Shown: positions 18,232-26,445, numbered from the stretch's first letter. The stretch is 27,537 nucleotides of DNA from a virus (IMGVR_UViG_3300030708_003550:1-27537); one strand, 5' to 3'. The notes: generated from the sequence alone by a model not told the origin. Translations and numbers: made by a program.

Positions 18232-19863
18232 TTAAACAAGGTTGACATCAGCAACGATGACTTTTCCGTAGAATTCAGGTCTTACCATCTTCTTCGCGTA
18301 TCTTGTCATCACACCTTTTCTTGGTGTAAAGTTGACAGGATCGTAAACAAGAGGAGTCATGATTAACGGAACATAAGGTGCGTAGACAGCTCCAGTTTCA
18401 AGGAAGTTAGCTCCTCTGAAACCAAGAAGAATGTCATTCTCTAACATATATGGGTTCTTGTAAACCGTATATCTGTTATTAAGTGCACCTACTCTTTGTA
18501 CACCCATTGCAAATGAAGCGTTAGTAGCTTCACCATTCGTATCAGCAGCGTATCCAGGTATGGATTCAATTATAGTTGCAGTTTCAGGTGAAACAACAAT
18601 GAAATTAGCACCACCTCTTAGAGTCTTCTGATGAATCGCGTTACTTACAGCTTGTAGTTTGTTTCCAAGAGTTTGGAACCAAGTACCTTTGGTGTAAGCA
18701 TTTGAAGGACCAGAAACTTCTGAGAATACGGAGTTTGCTGAATCATACTCAAATCCAACCTTAGCTGACCAGTACTCAGTTTTAGCGTTAGCTTCAGATT
18801 TCAATAGGTCAAGGATTTCCAAATCAATTTCCATTGAGATGTACTCACTTAACATAGAAGTCAATTCAGCTTCTGCGTCAACAGAGTGATAAGCGTTAAG
18901 GTCTTGAGCTAACTCAGGAGTCCATACTGCTTTGAGTTTACGAGTTTTAGCAACGATTGAAATCTGTCTTAATGCGATATCGATTTCAGGAATATCTACA
19001 TCATCAGCACTTGAAGGTGCAGGTGTTGTAAATGAACTCTGCTCGAAATCACCTCTTGCAGTTTCAGTTGGTTGCTTGTGATATTTCACACCAATACCAG
19101 CAGATGCTATATTACCATTTGTTGACTTAACATAAAAGTATACATTGTCAGCGTCGAAGTAAGAGTATGCTGGGTAGTGTGCGGATACATCTGAACCACT
19201 AACTTCAAAAGCTCTAATTCCGTTTAAGTCAGCTGCTGGAGCTGCTGTTAAGAAATTAGTTCTTGATACAGCTAGTTTAACAATCTGGTCTGCTGCAGTT
19301 GTAGCAATAGATGCAGATAGGTCTGGTTCGAATTCAACTTCTTTCCAAGAAGCAGAGGTTTGTGTAATATCAGAGTTAGCGATAGTTGAAGATTCATTAT
19401 CATTGATAGAGTATCCGAACTTACCAGCTCCGTATAAACCACCACTTGCATCAGCAGAAGCGGAGGTATTACCATGTATATGGCTACCTTGTGTATGGTT
19501 CGCAGTTTGAGCAGTACCATATTTGAAGTCAAGATAGAAGATAAGACCACTTGGTAGGTTCATAGGTTGAACACTAACAAAGTCTTGAGCTGCTAACTCA
19601 CCAAAGATTCTACGAACCAATGGTAAAGCTACACCACTCCATTCTTCAGAACCACTTCCACCAGTCTTTGATGATTCATCAATTAACTGACGAGCTTGGT
19701 TCTCAAGAAGAACAGCCATTCCATGCTGTTTGTTTGTATCTTCAATTCCTTCAAGAAGTCCAGTGGGTTCCCACTTTTGGACTAACTTTTCGGTTTCTGC
19801 TAAACGGGAACGAACAGGATCATAAGAATCCATGAGTTTTTCAATTTTGTCAAATGAACTCAT
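18232..19863 (-). CDS. gp23: Major capsid protein (T4 gp23-like)
   Basis: LLENQ; LPLVRR; VQPMNLPSGLIFYL; AKTRKLKAVWTPELAQDLNAYH..DAEAELT; YAPYVPL; FTPRKGVMTRY. Probable maturation site LIDE at residue 63. Confidence 0.97.
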   Translation of the reverse strand: MSSFDKIEKLMDSYDPVRSRLAETEKLVQKWEPTGLLEGIEDTNKQHGMAVLLENQARQLIDESSKTGGSGSEEWSGVALPLVRRIFGELAAQDFVSVQPMNLPSGLIFYLDFKYGTAQTANHTQGSHIHGNTSASADASGGLYGAGKFGYSINDNESSTIANSDITQTSASWKEVEFEPDLSASIATTAADQIVKLAVSRTNFLTAAPAADLNGIRAFEVSGSDVSAHYPAYSYFDADNVYFYVKSTNGNIASAGIGVKYHKQPTETARGDFEQSSFTTPAPSSADDVDIPEIDIALRQISIVAKTRKLKAVWTPELAQDLNAYHSVDAEAELTSMLSEYISMEIDLEILDLLKSEANAKTEYWSAKVGFEYDSANSVFSEVSGPSNAYTKGTWFQTLGNKLQAVSNAIHQKTLRGGANFIVVSPETATIIESIPGYAADTNGEATNASFAMGVQRVGALNNRYTVYKNPYMLENDILLGFRGANFLETGAVYAPYVPLIMTPLVYDPVNFTPRKGVMTRYAKKMVRPEFYGKVIVADVNLV

Positions 19864-19893
19864 TTTAGTTCTCCATTATTAATTAGTTTTGAA

Positions 19894-21156
19894 TTAAAGA
19901 ATCTTCGCAAGTTTTTGGAAGCGTTCCTTCATATCAAACCCTTCAGAAATTACTTCTTCAGTTTTTGGTTTGGTAGAAGCAACTGGCTTCGAACTTGAAC
20001 CTTTAGATTCTTGTTTTTTACTTGGCTTACTTGCCACTTTGTTACCGAAAGATTCTGCCAAGGTTGAAAATACCAACTTGACTTCTCTTAAGTTTGTTGC
20101 TCTGTCGAAAGTCTCCACAACTTTTAACTTCTGTTCGTTAGATAGTCCGAAATTACGGAATAACTTGTTTGTGAACAATAGTTTAGCGTTGAGAAGATTA
20201 ACTTCATTCAACTTACCACGCAGATATTTCACTACATTTCTGTGCTCTTCTAAATCAGCTTTGATAGTATTGAGTTCTTCATTCACAGATTCTTCGACTG
20301 ATTCGTCTTTCTTCTCTTCTTCGTCTTCTTCTTCTGTAAGTGCTTTCAATACTTCTTCAAGGTCGATGTCTTCAGAAATTTCGATATCTTCTTTCAAATC
20401 ATCTACTATTTCTTGGTCTTCGAGTTCCTTACCAGCAGGTTTATCAGAACCTTCACCTTCAGGACCTTGTCCAATCTTAGATGAATCACCAGCTTCAGGT
20501 TTTACTTTGTTGTCTGCTGAACCAATATCAGAGGATACATCGTTTTCATTGACTTCTTCTTCAACTTCTTCACCTTCATCATTATCTTCTTCTTCGTTTA
20601 CAGATTCGTCAACTTCTTCTTCATCTTCTTCTTCAGTTACAGTTTCACCTTCCAACTCAGCCAATACAGCTTCCAAATCAAGGTCTTCGGAATATCCTTC
20701 GTCCTCATCTTCTTCTTCGTGCATAGCTTCATCTTCGTCTTCTTCTTCTTCAGATACTACTGGAGCGTACTTAACACCATCGATTTCGATTACATTAGAT
20801 TCATCATATCCTTCATCAGAATCTTCTTCCTCTCCTTCGCCGTGCATTGCTTCATCTTCATCTTCGATTTCATCAGCGATATCAGCAACTTCTTCACCTT
20901 CTTCAGGTTCTACAGCTACTTCTGGTGCTTCAGCTTCAGGTGCTTCTTCTTCTTCATCGTGGTCTTCACCACCATGCATAGCTTCATCAGCGTCAGCAAC
21001 TTCATCTTCATCTTCGATTTCAGATTGTATCTTTTGAGACAACATAGACTGAATGCGTGGAGTGAATGCTTCTTCGAGAGCTAGTTTAGCGTTAGCAAGT
21101 GCCGTTTCACGGACAGCTTTAGCATCAGCTATAGCGTCTTTTAAAAGATCATCCAT
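19894..21156 (-). CDS. gp22: Prohead core scaffold protein (T4 gp22-like)
   Basis: Directly upstream of the capsid gene; very acidic centre with repeated DEAMH; coiled-coil C-terminal region LNEVNLLNAKLLF; ends in RFQKLAKI. Confidence 0.8.
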   Translation of the reverse strand: MDDLLKDAIADAKAVRETALANAKLALEEAFTPRIQSMLSQKIQSEIEDEDEVADADEAMHGGEDHDEEEEAPEAEAPEVAVEPEEGEEVADIADEIEDEDEAMHGEGEEEDSDEGYDESNVIEIDGVKYAPVVSEEEEDEDEAMHEEEDEDEGYSEDLDLEAVLAELEGETVTEEEDEEEVDESVNEEEDNDEGEEVEEEVNENDVSSDIGSADNKVKPEAGDSSKIGQGPEGEGSDKPAGKELEDQEIVDDLKEDIEISEDIDLEEVLKALTEEEDEEEKKDESVEESVNEELNTIKADLEEHRNVVKYLRGKLNEVNLLNAKLLFTNKLFRNFGLSNEQKLKVVETFDRATNLREVKLVFSTLAESFGNKVASKPSKKQESKGSSSKPVASTKPKTEEVISEGFDMKERFQKLAKIL

Positions 21157-21160
21157 TATT

Positions 21161-21268
21161 AATCTCCTTTGAGATTGTTGAGCCTAAACTCAACGGATTT
21201 AATATAGTTATTGGGAACTATAATGTGATTACATTATCATCGGTATGTCATATAGAACTAATGACATA
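21161..21268 (-). promoter_or_regulatory. Structured 5' leader of the scaffold-capsid transcript
   Basis: Five short perfect inverted repeats; the last (AATCTC-AAAG-GAGATT) covers the SD. Confidence 0.5.
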
Positions 21269-21279
21269 TTCTTGTTTAT

Positions 21280-21287
21280 ATAAATAT
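21280..21287 (-). promoter_or_regulatory. Putative late promoter ATATTTAT(A) for scaffold and capsid genes
   Basis: Recurring intergenic motif. Confidence 0.6.
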
Positions 21288-21303
21288 ATACAAGTGAGAA
21301 AAA

Positions 21304-21567
21304 TTAGTACTTCTTTCGGTCTTTTCTTCCATATTTTTCTTTTAGAGATTGAGTCGGTGGTTCTCCACACCAATCAGGATTCTTTTCCCTTTGTCTTATC
21401 CAATTTCTAACCTTGGCTAACTTTCTCTTTTCTCTGTTTTTGACCGATGGTTTGGTGTAGAATTCTCTTTCTCTTAATTCCAACATCAAACCACTATCCT
21501 TTATTTTACGCTTTAATATTCGTAGTGCGTGTTCTACATTGTTTTTACGAACCTTTACTTCTAACAT
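21304..21567 (-). CDS. rpsU: Phage-encoded 30S ribosomal protein bS21
   Basis: VKVR...VE.ALR.LKRK....G...E.R.REFY.KPS...R.K...A..R is the bS21 signature; carries a C-terminal extension of roughly 20-25 aa. Confidence 0.9.
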   Translation of the reverse strand: MLEVKVRKNNVEHALRILKRKIKDSGLMLELREREFYTKPSVKNREKRKLAKVRNWIRQREKNPDWCGEPPTQSLKEKYGRKDRKKY

Positions 21568-21577
21568 AAACTCCTAC

Positions 21578-22240
21578 TTAGTCTTTTTCGTTTTTAGCGG
21601 AATAGTTTTTATCCACATAGTTAAAAAATTCTTTCTTCTTATCATCGTCTAACTCATCAGGTGAAGATATTCCAAATTTTTTCATAGCTGATTGGAAAAA
21701 CTCTTCATACTCACCCTCACGAACAACACCATTAAACTCTTCCTTTACTTCGGTTTCAGTCACTTCACCATTTATTTCATAATAACGACCAAGAATGTGT
21801 CCCATATCCTCATACAAAGTAGACATTCTTTCTTGGAGAGATTGTGCTTCGGAAGCTACTTTTTTGAATTGACCTGAGAGACTTGTCAATTCCTTCATGT
21901 TACGATTGACTGTTATCTTATCAAACCAATCTTCGGTTTCTTGAAGTGTGTGTTGTTTTGCTGTTTCTGCAAGTTTAGAAAGACGAGAAGCTAATTCTTT
22001 TAAATTACCCTCACGATAAATTTCTTTACCATAAGAACCATATTGTCCAATTTCTTGAACGAATTCTTTTACATTAATCTTAGGTTTGGAATCACCATAC
22101 ATATCCTCAACGATATTCGTGAGTTTGGTAGATTTCTGAGTTTTGAAACCCATATCCAAACCGCTAAATGCTGGTCTTGATACCACTCCACCCATTGTGG
22201 TGATATCTTCTTTTAATAAATCTTTTAATTTCTTTGACAT
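21578..22240 (-). CDS. Putative internal head / prohead core protein
   Basis: Starts MSKKLKDLLKE; coiled-coil middle; C-terminal module YEEFFQSAMKKFGISSPDELDDDKKKEFFNYVDKNY; TAGGAG SD. Confidence 0.65.
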   Translation of the reverse strand: MSKKLKDLLKEDITTMGGVVSRPAFSGLDMGFKTQKSTKLTNIVEDMYGDSKPKINVKEFVQEIGQYGSYGKEIYREGNLKELASRLSKLAETAKQHTLQETEDWFDKITVNRNMKELTSLSGQFKKVASEAQSLQERMSTLYEDMGHILGRYYEINGEVTETEVKEEFNGVVREGEYEEFFQSAMKKFGISSPDELDDDKKKEFFNYVDKNYSAKNEKD

Positions 22241-22260
22241 TTTGTCTCTCCTAATTACAA

Positions 22261-22268
22261 ATAAATAT
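22261..22268 (-). promoter_or_regulatory. Putative late promoter (TG)ATATTTAT driving 21578..22240 and rpsU
   Basis: Recurring motif ahead of a TAGGAG SD. Confidence 0.6.
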
Positions 22269-22270
22269 CA

Positions 22271-22969
22271 TCATCTTCGTTTTTTACCACCAAGATACTT
22301 TCTAAATCTTTTTTCTACTTTGTTCCAAAGAACTTGTAACATACTTCTAACACCAACACTCGTGTCACCTGCTGGCCCTTCTTTGATACCACGAATCAAA
22401 TCCATAGCATCATACTTACCTGCCTTAACACCACTCAACATTACCTTTATGGATTGTTGTGATGCTTTATTGAGTATCTTACCCATCTGCTGTACATCTT
22501 TTTCAACAAATACTTTAGCTTCGGGTGTACTATATTTTAACTGAGTACCCATCGGGGCCTCTCCAAATCTTTTTACTCTCTTTCCTCTAACATCTTTCAA
22601 ACCACCTAATATCTCATCATCATCGTCCTCGTCATCCCAATCAATAGCGGTTTTGGTAGATTTTTTGAAAGCATGAGGTGTTTGATATCCTGGTACATAT
22701 GCCGTTTGGGAAGCTTCATCTTGAAACTTATCATCTAACCCATCCTTACCATCTAAGTAATTGTAAACTGATTGTAAATAATCTTCAGCTTTGGTAAGTT
22801 TTGATTGTACCCAAGCTGGAAACTCAACCTCACCATCACCATCCTTGTCAACATTTTGGATGATTTTGTAAATCATCATCGCATATTCTTTACTTCTTTC
22901 AAGTTGGGATTTAGCCATAGACCCTTCATGGTCTTTTTTCTCATAGAGTAAATCTTTGAGTTTTACCAC
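22271..22969 (-). CDS. Modular hypothetical protein (putative head cargo); start revised to GTG at 22969
   Basis: GGAG lies 9 nt before the GTG, giving MVKLKDLLYE; contains the module DHEGSMAKSQL...PAWVQSKLTKAEDYL. Confidence 0.7.
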   Translation of the reverse strand: MVKLKDLLYEKKDHEGSMAKSQLERSKEYAMMIYKIIQNVDKDGDGEVEFPAWVQSKLTKAEDYLQSVYNYLDGKDGLDDKFQDEASQTAYVPGYQTPHAFKKSTKTAIDWDDEDDDDEILGGLKDVRGKRVKRFGEAPMGTQLKYSTPEAKVFVEKDVQQMGKILNKASQQSIKVMLSGVKAGKYDAMDLIRGIKEGPAGDTSVGVRSMLQVLWNKVEKRFRKYLGGKKRR

Positions 22970-23994
22970 TTTCGACAACTCCAATAACGAGCTTTATGTC
23001 TTGGTCCTGGATTATCACAATTGTGTCTTGCTCTAAAGTTAGCTCTGGCTTTTGGATTTGATTTTCTAATTCTCATGGTTCCACCTTTAGCATCTCCACC
23101 TTGTCCAAAGTTTACCTTGACCACATTACCCTTTGGGTTCTTAACATATACCTTAAATTTTTTGACATCACCTTGCATCGGTTTACCAAGTTTTACCTTA
23201 CGACCTTGATACTCGGCCTCAACTAAACCTGTCATTGTGTAACCCCATCCACCTTCTTCAGAAAATATATCGTAGGATTCTTTCTTTTTCTTTTTACCCT
23301 TTTCTTCATAACCACTTGCGAATGCTGCTCGTCTCTGAGCATCACTTGCGAATCCTTCTTTCTTTTTGGATTTATTACCCCAATTCTTAGCACCGACTTT
23401 ACGACACTTCACAAGTGCTCCACTTGCGTAGGCTGAAGGCCATACATCGTAACGAGCTTTGACCTTGTGATAACAAGCATCTTTCTTCTCATACATATGA
23501 ATTGCTTGTTCTGCACATTCGTTATGTTGACAAAAAGTTTTTATTCTATCCTCTTTGATAATAGCTATCTCCTCACGGATAATTTCTCTTATCATAGATT
23601 CCGTAGTTTCTCTCATAATACTTTCCTTTTGGTCTTTTCCCTTTTTGAATCTATGTTCCCCATCAGGATTATTCTGTGGAACAGGTGATTGATTCTTCAA
23701 ATAATTTGGGTAGTTTAACATTTCTTTTTTTAAAATTCTTTTTACCAATTGTACGGCTCTTTTGTGTAAAGGGTCTTTTTTATTTTTGAGAGCAGTACCG
23801 ACCTTTTTGGTTTTGGTCAATTGTCTTTTCAACAACTGATTGTAAGCTTGTGGATTGACCACTGCCATATTTGGTACTAATTCATTTATTTCCATGTTTT
23901 CTCTCTTTTTTCTTCCTTGACAATGAGCTTTTTGACTGAATCCTTTTGGGTTATTACAATCAATACTTCTCTTGTACTTCTTACTCCAACCCAT
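22963..23994 (-). CDS. Lys-rich multi-module protein with Cys pairs (putative head cargo polyprotein)
   Basis: Modules WSKKYKRSIDCNNPKGFSQKAHC; KDACYHKVKARY.VWPSAYASGALVKCRK; AEYQGRKVKL...VNFG...FRARHNC...ARYWSCRKW. Coupled to the upstream gene by TAATG. Confidence 0.75.
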   Translation of the reverse strand: MGWSKKYKRSIDCNNPKGFSQKAHCQGRKKRENMEINELVPNMAVVNPQAYNQLLKRQLTKTKKVGTALKNKKDPLHKRAVQLVKRILKKEMLNYPNYLKNQSPVPQNNPDGEHRFKKGKDQKESIMRETTESMIREIIREEIAIIKEDRIKTFCQHNECAEQAIHMYEKKDACYHKVKARYDVWPSAYASGALVKCRKVGAKNWGNKSKKKEGFASDAQRRAAFASGYEEKGKKKKKESYDIFSEEGGWGYTMTGLVEAEYQGRKVKLGKPMQGDVKKFKVYVKNPKGNVVKVNFGQGGDAKGGTMRIRKSNPKARANFRARHNCDNPGPRHKARYWSCRKW

Positions 23995-24335
23995 TATTTT
24001 TTGGGTTTGGTTGATACATAGATTGGTTTCTTACCTTGTCCTCGTGATTGTTTACCACCTCTTCCAGCTTTGTTTTGTGCTGCTCTCTTTCTACGAGTAG
24101 CACTTGCCTTTTGTTTCTTAGTCATCCTTGCAGCTTTCGCAGCAGGAACACATTTAGCGTATCCTCTTTTCTTACCACTTGTACCACAAGGTGGGTGTCC
24201 CCCGCCCTTTTTCTTCTTACCAATATTCACCCATCTATCTTTGAACCACTTTCTTAAGTTTTCATCAACAATGGTTCCACAATGGATACAAGTATTATCA
24301 CTAATTAATTGTTCGAATACTTCCTTGAGTTTCAT
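23994..24335 (-). CDS. Small very basic protein; start revised to ATG at 24335
   Basis: GGAG SD and TAATG overlap give MKLKEVFE; contains the module LRKWFKDRWVNI...PCG...YAKCVP...RRKR. Confidence 0.7.
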   Translation of the reverse strand: MKLKEVFEQLISDNTCIHCGTIVDENLRKWFKDRWVNIGKKKKGGGHPPCGTSGKKRGYAKCVPAAKAARMTKKQKASATRRKRAAQNKAGRGGKQSRGQGKKPIYVSTKPKK

Positions 24336-24856
24336 TACTTTAACTCCGTCCAATCTTGAGGATTTGAGTATCGTGATTTATAATACCACTTCTTATCTTT
24401 CAAATTGTAGATGTAAGCGTATTCTTCACCACTATTGAACTTGACAGAATCCCTATCTTTCCAATTACTTGTGTAATTAGTTTTCTCACCTCTGTCTCTA
24501 CCATAAAAAATTGTTGTATCTTTTTCAGGATTATCAAATGAATGATTCTTACTACCTTTGATTTTCTTTCCAATTGAGGAAATACCTGACCTACCGAGTT
24601 TTAATAATTCTTTTGCTTTGGCAGGATTGTTATAATATTTTTTCAAATGTTTACCTGCCCATTCAGGATAACCATCGTAATGTCCGTAGGTAGATAAAAT
24701 CTTACCATTGGGTTGTTCTATACCAACCAACCAACGAGTTCCTTCGGTAATGGTCTTTCTTTGATGTGCCTTCATTACATCATCTAATGTTGGTAATGGT
24801 TCACCAAACTTTCTATTCCATACGGATTCGGTCATTAATTTTTTTAATTTAATCAT
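24335..24856 (-). CDS. Phage hypothetical protein with a HYDGYPE motif and an N-terminal MIKLKKLMTE tag
   Basis: TR..VG......STYGHYDGYPE..G..L...Y...YGRDRGE...EEYAY pattern; AGGA SD and TAATG coupling. Confidence 0.75.
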   Translation of the reverse strand: MIKLKKLMTESVWNRKFGEPLPTLDDVMKAHQRKTITEGTRWLVGIEQPNGKILSTYGHYDGYPEWAGKHLKKYYNNPAKAKELLKLGRSGISSIGKKIKGSKNHSFDNPEKDTTIFYGRDRGEKTNYTSNWKDRDSVKFNSGEEYAYIYNLKDKKWYYKSRYSNPQDWTELK

Positions 24857-26445
24857 TATCTTTTCCTAAATGTGGTTAGTAGACCAGTATACTTTTCAAT
24901 CATATCATGTAGTTGGTCTACATAAATTCCTTTTAACTTTTTGACCACCTTGAATTGATACTTAAAAATTTTACCAAATGTCAAGTTGTATAAATCTTTT
25001 CCTCTATCAATATCAATAATTATATGAGAAATCTTTTTTGGGTTTCTACCAATGTGAATAATCAAACCATCCTTACCAACACCTTTGGATTTCACACCCA
25101 TCAACATCTCAAATTTTCTTCCACCCAATTGTCTCATTATTTCTTGAGCTTGGGACTTGGAAACTGCTTCATTCAAATTTTCTTTAATCTTTTTAACAAT
25201 CTTAGGGTCTTCAGTACCAAACATATCGAATAATGTATCTTGTATCTCACCTCGTGAATATCTCATCTGTTTGAATTGTCTTTTTGAAGTATCTATGGCG
25301 TGAAAGATAGGGTCGTATCCTTTTTGTTTCAACAACTTCTTTACGGCTGGTCTCATCTTACCCTCTTGTATGGATTCATTCGCCCATAGTGAACTCATAA
25401 TCTGAGCTCTTTGTGCTGGTTTAGCACCTTTATATAATTTTTTGACTAAATCATAGAATCTAAGTTTATCTGTGGCGTCCTTTTCATTATCTCCTTTTTT
25501 CATAAAGTATTGTTTCATCTTTTCCTTATTCTCTCTAATTTTCTCCATCAAATCAGATTTCTTAAAGGATTTAAGATTCTTCACAACCTTATTCATTTCG
25601 GAGTATTTACCAAGAATAAAATCTTTAGATGAAACCCCTAAGTCTATGGATAAATCTTGGTGTACATAAAATGGTAGAACATCAGTTCCTTTTGCTGCTT
25701 TAACCGTATAGAATCCACCCCAACGAACTCTACCCGTCACGAATGCAGCCTTCATAGGTTGGAACTTCACCACCTTGATTCCAGCTTTCTTAAGTGCTCC
25801 ATCTATGAATGTTTTAATTAACCTGTCTTGTACTTTTTTACTTGGGGCTTCCATGAGTTCTTGAACTTCTTGTTTCTTATACTGAGGGTCAATCTTTTTC
25901 ATCTTGATTAGGATATCACGGACTCTTTCTCTATCCAAACTATCACCAGTAAATGTATCTTTGGAATACTTTTTAAGATAAACCGCTAGAGCCTTGTTGA
26001 TATCACCAACCTTTAAATCTCTACCTTTTTTGTCAGGATAAATACCTTTCTTTCCGTAGAAATCACCCATGTATTGGTAAAATGACAGAAGATTTTCATC
26101 AAGTGATTCTTTCTTCAATCGACTTTTTTCGGCTCTTCCTCTATTTTTAGATTGTGCTTCAAATCCCACTATCTTTCCCCCTTTGTGTGATGCGTCTTTA
26201 CCATCACCGTTTCCATAAGTACCTTTCTTACGATTGTACTTATTCAATTCTGCTCTATACTTTTTCATCTTGGTAGATGATTGAAATTTTTTGTACTCGG
26301 CTTTATAATCTCTCTTAGCCTTTTCACTTAGTTGAGATTGATTCTCAATATCACTATCATCACTCAGTTCCTCACGAACAAAGTTTCTCAACCATTCCTT
26401 CATTCTATTCTTATAATCATCCATAGGTTCATCCTTGTGTTTCAC
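24856..26445 (-). CDS. Large Lys-rich multi-module protein (putative head cargo polyprotein); start uncertain (26424, 26445, or 26496 through a UGA)
   Basis: 529-aa ORF with an HNH-like module RDYKAEY...GDGKDASH...SKNRGR and a C-terminal module IMRQLGG..F...DLY...F....Y.DQL....E..TGL. Confidence 0.75.
   Translation of the reverse strand: MKHKDEPMDDYKNRMKEWLRNFVREELSDDSDIENQSQLSEKAKRDYKAEYKKFQSSTKMKKYRAELNKYNRKKGTYGNGDGKDASHKGGKIVGFEAQSKNRGRAEKSRLKKESLDENLLSFYQYMGDFYGKKGIYPDKKGRDLKVGDINKALAVYLKKYSKDTFTGDSLDRERVRDILIKMKKIDPQYKKQEVQELMEAPSKKVQDRLIKTFIDGALKKAGIKVVKFQPMKAAFVTGRVRWGGFYTVKAAKGTDVLPFYVHQDLSIDLGVSSKDFILGKYSEMNKVVKNLKSFKKSDLMEKIRENKEKMKQYFMKKGDNEKDATDKLRFYDLVKKLYKGAKPAQRAQIMSSLWANESIQEGKMRPAVKKLLKQKGYDPIFHAIDTSKRQFKQMRYSRGEIQDTLFDMFGTEDPKIVKKIKENLNEAVSKSQAQEIMRQLGGRKFEMLMGVKSKGVGKDGLIIHIGRNPKKISHIIIDIDRGKDLYNLTFGKIFKYQFKVVKKLKGIYVDQLHDMIEKYTGLLTTFRKR

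Noticed and set aside
19272-19550. 92-aa alternative-frame ORF inside the capsid gene
   Set aside because: It has no SD and no recognisable motif, and is fully nested in the capsid gene; likely chance.
19970-21037. 355-aa Ser-rich plus-strand ORF, and the other plus-strand ORFs in the track such as 7428..7973
   Set aside because: These are antisense shadows of biased codons (GAA/GAT in the acidic scaffold read as TTC/ATC/TCx). They overlap well-supported minus-strand genes and show no recognisable motifs.
22241-22273. Readthrough fusion of 22271..22969 into 21578..22240, which are in frame
   Set aside because: Two consecutive TGA stops intervene, and the spacer is explained by a promoter motif and a strong SD.
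22970-24353. ORF-track TTG starts at 22984 and 24353
   Set aside because: The GGAG SD lies inside these extensions; downstream starts at 22969 and 24335 have proper spacing and overlap the upstream stop.
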